Below, in pieces: positions 55,648-64,000 of a stretch of 64,000 bases of DNA (the stretch's first letter is position 1; each line of letters starts with the position of its first letter). The notes beneath the pieces are model-generated. The model saw only the letters and a list, made by a program, of their open reading frames with translations. It ran no database searches and was not told the origin of the DNA. A program made the translations under genes and the position numbers. Origin of the DNA: Paraspadella gotoi (taxonomy: Eukaryota; Animalia; Chaetognatha); contig CM119265.1 of NCBI GenBank assembly GCA_051294375.1, positions 25,862,767 to 25,926,766 of the forward strand. The letters run 5' to 3'.

Positions 55648-58258
55648 TTAAATTTTGTTGCGTGACCGGGTGTTCCTCACTCCTCGACCCGGCGTTCCCG
55701 GCACCGTCGCAGCCACGTCCTTCAGCGCCGCATTTTCTTGCTCCGGGAGAGGCTGCTGCTGTTGGGCGGCGATGGGCGGCGGCTCTTTGTCTGATTGGTC
55801 GCCGTTTTCTTCCATGACATCGACGGCGGCGGCCGTGGCGGCGTCGTCGCTCTCTCGTTTTTCGTCGGCGTCAGTTTCCTCCCGCACGCATTGGATCAAT
55901 GTAGACGCCATCATCTCTGCGTTTTCCTCGTTAGCCAGCTGAACCTTTTTAAGATGCGACTTTCCGGCCAAATGCGACCCCATCATCTTTGGGCTGTTGA
56001 GCTGCAGGTTGCAAACTCCGCAAAAGGCTTCAGCGGGATCCGTCGGCGGCTCTTTCTTCTTCTTGGGGCTCGGAGTCGTCGCCTCCTCGGTCCGCTGGCG
56101 ATGGACGGGCCCGTTAATGTGGGCTTGGAGATCCTCGTCGGTGGCGCCGACAAACTGACAAACTTGGCATGACCATTGGCGGTTGGAATCGTTTATTATC
56201 GGCTCCTTCTCCGACTTGACCATTCGCTTGAGATGTTTCTTTCCCGCCAGATGAGCCTCGAATAGCGCCTGGCAGGTGACAAAGACTCCGCAGAGTTCGC
56301 AGGCGAGGCGCTGCTGCTGCGGCTGCTCGGCGATTCGGCGGACGCGCTCCGCGTGCTTCTTCCCGTTGCGGTGCTGCTCGAAAATTTCCTTGTTGGTGAC
56401 GGTGACGTCGCAAAACTCGCAGTTGAAGGTTTCCGGCGGGGCCTCCGCTCGCTCCAGCTTGGCCTTGTGCTTTTTGCCTTTAATGTGGATGGCGAGGTGG
56501 GTCTCGTTCGGCACCTTCACTTCGCAGACTTCGCAAATTATGTCTTCCTACGAAAGAAGGAAACGACGACGAAGTCACTAAGAATAATTATGAAGCAAAA
56601 GGCTATTAACTAGAATATTAGACTAAATACAATATTTATAAAAATAAAAATAAATAAAAATGGGAAAAAGCAGAAGATTAATATTTTTAGTTTAGTGTAT
56701 TGTGAAGCGAGAGCAAACAACATAAACGGCATAGTATATACTGTAAATACAAAGAACCAAAAGTTAGGCCTCATTCGCAGTGAAATCGCGACCGAGCAAA
56801 AAATAAAAAAATTAAAGATTCTACAGACCTCCAACATAAGAAAGAGAAAAACAAAGCTCGGAGGAACAGACCCTCCCCTTAAAGAACACCACCGACTCTC
56901 CCCCCATAAAAACCTTGTCTTCTGCGGCTTCCATCTTGGCGACTTTAAGGGCATGTTTCTTCCCGTTGACGTGGAGGTCGTAAGTGTCCTGACTAATCGC
57001 CGAGACGTCGCAAATCTCACACTTAAAAACTTGCGGTGGTGAGCGGTCCCTCTTTTGGGCTTTGTTGTTGTGCTTTTTGCCCTGAAGGTGGAAAAGAAAA
57101 GTAGGAGGTTTACTCTCAGTTTAGTTAAGCAGAAATTTGAAAAGCATTATAACCTAACCTAAAGTAAACTAATCTACATATATTGAGACTACTAAACATC
57201 TAAATAATAAGTTTGAGCAAACAACGCCGGATCTGCAAGCGGTAAGCAGGGAATCAGATAGGTTATGATTGATTTTGTAATTTCTTTATTTAATACAATT
57301 TATATTTATATTTGAAATTTGTTTGGTTGTGTGGTAGTTTGTGTGGTTTTATGGTGATAATTCAGGTTATGGTCATAATGGTTTTTATGATGGTTATGGT
57401 AGTTTTGATTGTAGAGTTTGTTATAATTGTAGTTATTGCTGCAACAAGCATTTAACTTTCATATAAAAGGAAAAAAAAAAACTAAATAGTTATTTTTGTT
57501 TTTTCCACCTAAAGTCATATCTACTTCTAAAGACGATTTCCAGCTTAATCACATGCTACCCAACCCACACAAAATATAAGGTTATTCGGCCTGTGGATAA
57601 GGCGCTAAGTGGGCTGAAGATGACTATCCGTAACTTCTTTAACCCCCTCTAGCAGCTATGGAACGGGTCCTGGGCTTGGAACCAGGCTTGAGGGTTTTCC
57701 ACGCCCCCAAGGCGGCTTACAGCCGTCCTCACACTTCCCGCAGAATAGGTACCGGGTTGGGATTGAACCCGGTACCTGGTGGTCATGAGCTGATGGCTTT
57801 ACTCAATGAGCCACCGGGTCACGACTGAAGGATTCATGCTTAGAGGCGGGGTGAACTTTGCTATGCCCGACTACAGGCCTATGAATATTGAATAATTGGC
57901 GTTCAAAGCTAAGAGGGTATGACGGATGGACGGACAGAGACAGAACCTGCATGTGCATCTCGAATTGAATGGCGGAGCCGAAATCGATGAGGCAGATCTC
58001 GCAGTGGAACTCCCCCTGGGCGGAGGCGTTCTTCCGCTTCCTCCAGCCGGCGGGCTCGGAGGCCGACGGGAGATCGCCCAATTCTTCGGGCATGGTGAAG
58101 GTCTGCATCCCCAGTAGCTGAATTTTGGAGCCGTGACGGCGCCCGGCCAGGTGAAGCATCAGCATTTCCTTGCTATTGCAGGTGGCGTTGCAAGGGTAGC
58201 AGAGGTAGGAATTGTTTTGGATGCCGACCATGGGCTGCGGCGTGGGCTCGCACTCCAT
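55648..58258 (-). CDS. Matrin/U1-type (JAZ, ZNF346/ZNF385-like) RNA-binding zinc-finger protein, 8 fingers, ~459 aa
   Basis: Exons 58258-57947, 57081-56914, 56547-55648 (phase 0). Eight CxxC-x12-H-xx-G-xx-H fingers, e.g. CEFCDVTVTNKEIFEQHRNGKKH. Confidence 0.88.
57592..57875 (-). mobile_element. 284-bp TG...CA solo-LTR-like element with intact tRNA-like Pol III promoter, TSD GGCC
   Basis: ggcc|TGTGG...CTACA|ggcc. Minus strand has A box tggctcattgag and B box ggttcaatccc; the core closely matches 61944-62170. Confidence 0.85.
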
Positions 58259-58761
58259 CGTTCCAAGTGGGGAAGAGGGTCTGAGGTTTCCTTTTTATCG
58301 GGCGGGAAGCTGTAATCTCGGGTCCTTTAGTTTCCAAAAATTATTTGTTTGTATACAATTTCAATAATCCTATTTCCGAAAGGAAAAAAAATATATTACG
58401 AAAATTTTAATGACGAAACAAAAAACTGAATTCGAGGTGAAACGAGTTGAACAAAATGGAACATATTTTCTTACGTTAGTTTATCTCCGTCTTATCCGTC
58501 ACAAAAAAAAGCATTCGGAAATAGCAAGTTTTACGTTTTTTAATGGGGTTTTTCTCGGTGAAAGCTTTTAATTTTTCTTGCTTTTATCAAGAATTTTTCA
58601 AATGGAAATTTAGTTTTAGATCTGAAAAGTGAATTTCTGAAGAAAGACTTGAAAAGAACCAAGACGATCGATCGACGCCACGAAGACTCCCTTGAAAATT
58701 CCTCATCCCGATTTATTTCTCCTTCGGGACTCGTTTTCTCCGCAAGAACAACGCGCCTCGT

Positions 58762-59282
<521 letters not shown>

Positions 59283-59325
59283 GGTGTATCGTCGGTCTTG
59301 GTCCAAATTAAAAAACTGAAACTGT

Positions 59326-59339
59326 GGAAAAGGAAAGAG
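59326..59339 (-). promoter_or_regulatory. TCT/5'TOP pyrimidine tract, likely RPS27 transcription start
   Basis: ctctttccttttcc about 45-57 nt upstream of the ATG, typical of ribosomal-protein genes. Confidence 0.65.
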
Positions 59340-60878
59340 TCGGTTAACTGAAGCACTGAATTCGATATGGGATAAAAGAGGCGCTGGCGTCAAGTTCTGG
59401 CTGCATTTAGAAAAAAAAATCTTCATTTAAAAAACTAACTATAAATTCGAGCAATAATACTTAACGCGTTTAATAAAAATTATTAAAATAATCATTTATT
59501 AAAATTAATCGAAAAAGCGGAGACTGAATGATAATCTAATAAAAATTTCAGACGCATGGATTTAAAAATCGCGTACATTTAATTCATAAGTGAGACAAAA
59601 GAAAAGCGAGGCGAACGACATCTGAGAATCGAGCATTTTAGGGAAGGACCAAATAACAAAAGATACATCAGACTCTCATAAAATTTGTATAATAAGGGAG
59701 ACCAAAAATCAGTGGTTAAGAAATTTGAATTAAGCACCTGCTCAAACGAAAATTTTTATATTATTCCATACACTATATATTAATTTTTTAATATTTATTT
59801 ATAATAGGAAAAGCTAAAAAAATTTTTAAGATTTTTTTTATTTTTTAAGATCAGATTCAGGTAGCTTGCAAAAAATTATTTATATAAAAAATAATCCTTT
59901 TTTCGATATTTTGATCATAAGTAGGTAAAAAATATAAAAACTATTATTAATCATCATATTTCGATAATTTTATTATTTTTTTTAAATTTTGCCCAAAAAA
60001 ATATAAAAATTTTTGGATGTTATAATTAAATTTTTTATTTAACTTTTTATGCTCTATCAGAATCCATCAAAAAAAATAAGATTGATTAAAAAATATTTTT
60101 ATCATTATTTAATAATATTATAATTTTAATAACAACAATAAAAATATAAAATTAAACTTTTTATACAATTTTTTTTTACCTAAAAATAAACTTAAAACTA
60201 AAGATTTTTAGTGTAATCTAAATAAAATTAATAATTCATTCATTTATTCATTAAAAAGCTATAAGGTAGTGCGGGTAATTCGGAATGTAATGAAATTTTT
60301 TGCAAAATAAATTAATTTTTTAAAAAAAAATTTTTATTATTAAAAATATTATATGTTACTATAATATTAATAATATAATTTTATTTTCGACGACTGGGGT
60401 AAATGAAAGGTTAAGGCTATATAAAAAATAAATTAATTTTTTAAAATAATCTATATAATAACTAAAAATTAGTAGTCTCATTTATCAGATATTAATATTT
60501 AATAGTCATATAAGGTAAAATATGACTATGACCAAGGTATAAAAGCGACTATTCAAAGACAAAATTTTATTAATGCCGAAAGCTGTAATTTTAATAATGG
60601 AAAGTTGGTAAAATATTTATTGCACCAAAAGATATATAAAATATCTGTACACAATTTTTTAATATTATCTTATATATCAGTGTTTTTAAATTTTTAAATT
60701 TTAAAACCAATTTTAGATAATTTATAAAATGCTGTCTGCACAAAATATAATTTTTTTCAAAATATTTTTAAAAATATATCAAAACAAAAAAAATCATTAT
60801 TATCATCTTTCGATGATTTTATCATTTTATTATATTTTCATTTAAAAAACGTAAGAATTTTAAAAAGCTAATTATATT

Positions 60879-60932
60879 TGAGGCGACTTACCAACGGTCT
60901 CTCTCTCTAAGCCTTTTTTTTTTTATGCCTCA
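60879..60932. mobile_element. 54-bp TG...CA micro-element, TSD TATT
   Basis: tatt|TGAGGCGACTTACCAACGGTCTCTCTCTCTAAGCC(T)nATGCCTCA|tatt interrupts the AT-rich repeat and shares its first ~32 bp with 16327-16368. Confidence 0.72.
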
Positions 60933-61169
60933 TATTCCTCACTTAACTTTTTATGCTTTATAAGAATCCATTAAAAAATTTATATAATAATATAATATTT
61001 TTAATTAAGCTATTACCCTCAGAAAAAAATAATTTTAATATTTTAATAACAAATATTTTAATTCTATAATCTATGCTCCTGATAGATTATTTTAATGCTG
61101 TATACATTAGCATTTTTTTATCTTTAACCGATTTATTATCAAAATGTTAAAAAAATTTTTATATTAATA

Positions 61170-61540
61170 AATATTTAAAAGCTTCGGTGCAACAACCCAA
61201 TAAACTAATTCCAAAAATTACTTTAAAAATCGATTTAATACTAGTAGAAAAAAATTTTTTTGAAAAAAATAAATGTTATAAAGTGTTCAATTTTGGCCCG
61301 CCTTAATACATAATGACATACGTGGAAGGACCCAGCAAAAAGCTTATATTAATTTGATAAATTTATAAAGTTATCTTGGCCCTGACCGTGGTCACTGGAC
61401 AATAAGGCGGGCCAAAATTGATCACTTTTTATAAATTCTAATTCTCTCAAAAAAAATTTTTTTTTATTACTAAATCGATTTTCAGTGCAACTTTTTGAAT
61501 TAGCTTATTGGGTTGTTACACTGAAGCTTTTAAATAGTTA
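61170..61540. mobile_element. Palindromic MITE (~140-bp arms)
   Basis: aaaagcttcggtgcaacaacccaataa..caattttggcccgcctta versus taaggcgggccaaaattg..ttattgggttgttacactgaagctttt. Confidence 0.8.
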
Positions 61541-61863
61541 TGAATATATAACAAATGACAAAATTTTTTTTAAAGCTTAAAAAGTTAAATAAAAATTAAT
61601 ATTATTATTATTATATTAAAATTTTAATAATAAATTAATTAAAAAAAAAAACTTGAAAAAAAATTTTTAAAAGTTATAATAATAACCTTTATATGACTTT
61701 TAAAGCTTTATCAGAATCTATTAAAAAAAAAATTTAAACTTTATATAGTAATAAAATAATTTTTAAATGCTTCCGTGCGCTTATCAATAAGACAAATTTT
61801 AAAAATTATTTTCATTTTCATATTCTCTAACAATCACTTGACCATTATCTATTTGAGAGAACT

Positions 61864-62204
61864 TGTAGTTTTCAACCTGTTCCGGCCTACTGGACAGGTT
61901 AATATTATTGAATGATAAAGCATGTAATAATAGTTTTAGAAAAAAGTGGGGCTGAAGATTGCTATCTACAACTTCTTTAACCCCCTGTAGCCATGGAACG
62001 GGTCCTGGGCTTGGAACCAGGCTTTTCCACGCCCCCAAGGCGGCTTACAGTCGTCCTCGCGCTTCCCGCAGGCTAGGTACCGGGTTGGGATTGAACCCGG
62101 TACCTAGTGGTCATGAGCTGATGGCTTTACTCAATGAGCCACCGGGTCACGACTGAAGGTGTCATGCTTAATATTAGAAAAACGAAGCTATGCAACGTTT
62201 CAGA
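61864..62204 (-). mobile_element. 341-bp member of the tRNA-promoter family (core 61944-62170), probable TSD AACT
   Basis: aact|TGTAG...TTTCAGA|aact (one change from CACA). The core is near-identical to 57607-57842 but the flanks differ. Confidence 0.75.
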
Positions 62205-62537
62205 AACTTTAAATAAAAGCTAACATTAAAAGTAGAACCTTTGTCATATTAGTCAACTGCCACGAAAAGCATTAAAGTGAGAACTGAAAAGCAAACAACT
62301 TGATTCCCGTCAATTTTAGTCAGCAATCGAATCCAACTTTTTATATCGAACTTCGAGAACAAAGTTCCACTCTTTAAACTTGGTTGAACCAGAATAAATC
62401 CTTTGTTGTCAACTCTTTTATTTAGATTTTCAAAAAATTTGGATCTTTAAACTAGCCCGGCTACGGAAAGTACAATGCGGAATTTAGTCATCTCTTCCGC
62501 GAATTTTTAAAAATATCTAACCACAAAAATCAACAAC

Positions 62538-64000
62538 ATGAGCCAAGAAATTTTAATATCACCCTTTAATGATTATGGGGCGACGAACAAACTCAAACCA
62601 AATTCATTTTCAAAGAGCGATGAATGCGATGACGTAAAGTTCGAATTGGAAGAAACCGAAAAAGATAGACCAACGGTGAAAGAAAAGTACGGCCATTATT
62701 TCACGGACGGAATACGCCAAATAGATTTCATTTTAGCGTATGAAGAGGGGCTGAACACTGAAGAAGGCAAAGATCCAGTCTTAAGGTACAAAAGCAATCA
62801 AAATTTACAATCTACAATCAAGATTACGTAATAGCAAATTCTCTTTTTCAGAAAAACCTTTGAAAAAAGGCTCATCGAGGCAGGTTTGGAACTGGAGGAA
62901 GAAAGTACGGAGGGTAATAAGGCCTCAACAATTTTTGTCAAAATCCATATAAACTTTGCACTTCTTGTGAGTACGACATACAGGGGTGGGACCATATATC
63001 GAGACATTATATATATTTTATTATTGTATCTCAAATCGTTCAGACAGGGCAGGACGTTAAATTTTGTCTCGATATCGGGTCCCACTCCTGTAATGCTCAA
63101 TGAAATGGTTTATTTTTCTTAATGGATGACCTTTTGATAACTGTATTGTGTCTGCATTTTATTTTTTTCAATAATCTTTTATTTTCAACTTGAATCCCAG
63201 TGTCGCTATGCGGAGGAACAGGGCTTCAAAGCTCCTCTCCAAGTCGTCCCCAACCCAACCTCCAACTTTTCCGCCAAATGTTTGTCGATCATAAAATTAC
63301 CCAATTTCATGATAGAGGAGCCTTCATCGAAACCGCTCAATTATTATACCTGTGCGTTCAAACGGAACAAACTGACCAAGTACTTGGGGTCGGACCACTC
63401 AGAGAGCTTCTTCGGGAACCGTCACCGTTCGCGAATCGTTTACGAAATATTACAGTCGACGGTTTACGGAAAGCGAAAGCGAGGGGAGATCGGGATTGAG
63501 CGACTGTTGGAAGAAGGAATTTACAAAGCCGGTGGGATAAGGACTCATTCTGTCAAGATATGAATAAGTCATTTAATTATCTTTCGCCAAACATCCCTAT
63601 TCACATTTTTAGCGTTTCCGCTCCACGACGGCCCCAGCGAAGCATCCAAAACGCCGGAGGCGCTGAGTAATCCCCGACAAGTGCTTCGTGCCCACTGGGC
63701 CGCTTGGAGCAAATGGTACAAATATCAACCTCTAGATAACGTGCGAGATTACTTCGGAGAAAAGATTGGCTTGTACTTTGCTTGGTTGGGTTTCTACACA
63801 GCTTGGTTACTGCCCGCTTCCATTGTTGGAGTTTTGGTTTTCAGTTATGGCATCGCGACGATGTATAGGTACAAGAAAGAAAAATATCATCATATATTTT
63901 AAAATTGACATCGTCAGTAAAATTGAATTTTAAGGTACACTCCGGCGAACACGATTTGCTCGTCTGGAGAGGAGTTTCTCATGTGTCCTTTGTGCGAAGT
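62538..64000 (+). CDS. Anoctamin/TMEM16 (ANO7-like), 5' part, runs off the window
   Basis: Exons 62538-62785, 62852-62966, 63201-63531, 63613-63868, 63935->64000. Motifs YFTDGIRQIDFILAY, CRYAE, AAFPLHDG, KYQPLDNVRDYFGEKIGLYFAWLGFYTAWLLPAS and MCPLC. Confidence 0.95.
62981..63090. mobile_element. 110-bp Tc1/mariner-type MITE with TA TSD in anoctamin intron 2
   Basis: ta|caggggtgggaccatatatcgagaca ... tgtctcgatatcgggtcccactcctg|ta. Confidence 0.82.

Noticed and set aside
57760-57822. Functional tRNA gene (also ~62085-62152)
   Set aside because: A and B boxes are present, but there is no closed acceptor stem or terminator, and it lies inside a repeated element with TSDs.

Overview
Eukaryotic genomic DNA, almost certainly from an invertebrate animal: GT-AG introns, GC-rich exons, very AT-rich intergenic DNA and abundant (GA)n/(GAC)n microsatellites. 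Bases ~1-27,800 are poorly assembled. They hold a ~9.6-kb-period tandem duplicate, a ~5-kb-armed inverted duplicate around a noise-like core, and four N gaps. No gene there can be called reliably. Bases ~27,900-64,000 are clean and gene-dense. They contain CDC42SE (+), then eight consecutive minus-strand genes: CFAP157, an intronless divergent ENT/SLC29 transporter, a 7-finger C2H2 protein, CLK/Doa kinase, SmD2, a BED+C2H2 protein, an 8-finger matrin-type protein and RPS27. The 5' part of an ANO7-like anoctamin (+) ends the window. The most interesting non-genic signals are: (1) a family of 255-340 bp TG...CA elements with 4-bp TSDs and an internal tRNA-like Pol III promoter (Helenus-type solo LTRs); (2) 42-54 bp TG...CA micro-elements with 4-bp TSDs; (3) a Penelope-type minimal hammerhead ribozyme inside an inverted repeat; (4) a tightly co-oriented, operon-like RPS27-to-CLK gene run. 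Exon coordinates and similarities were derived by eye; no searches were run.
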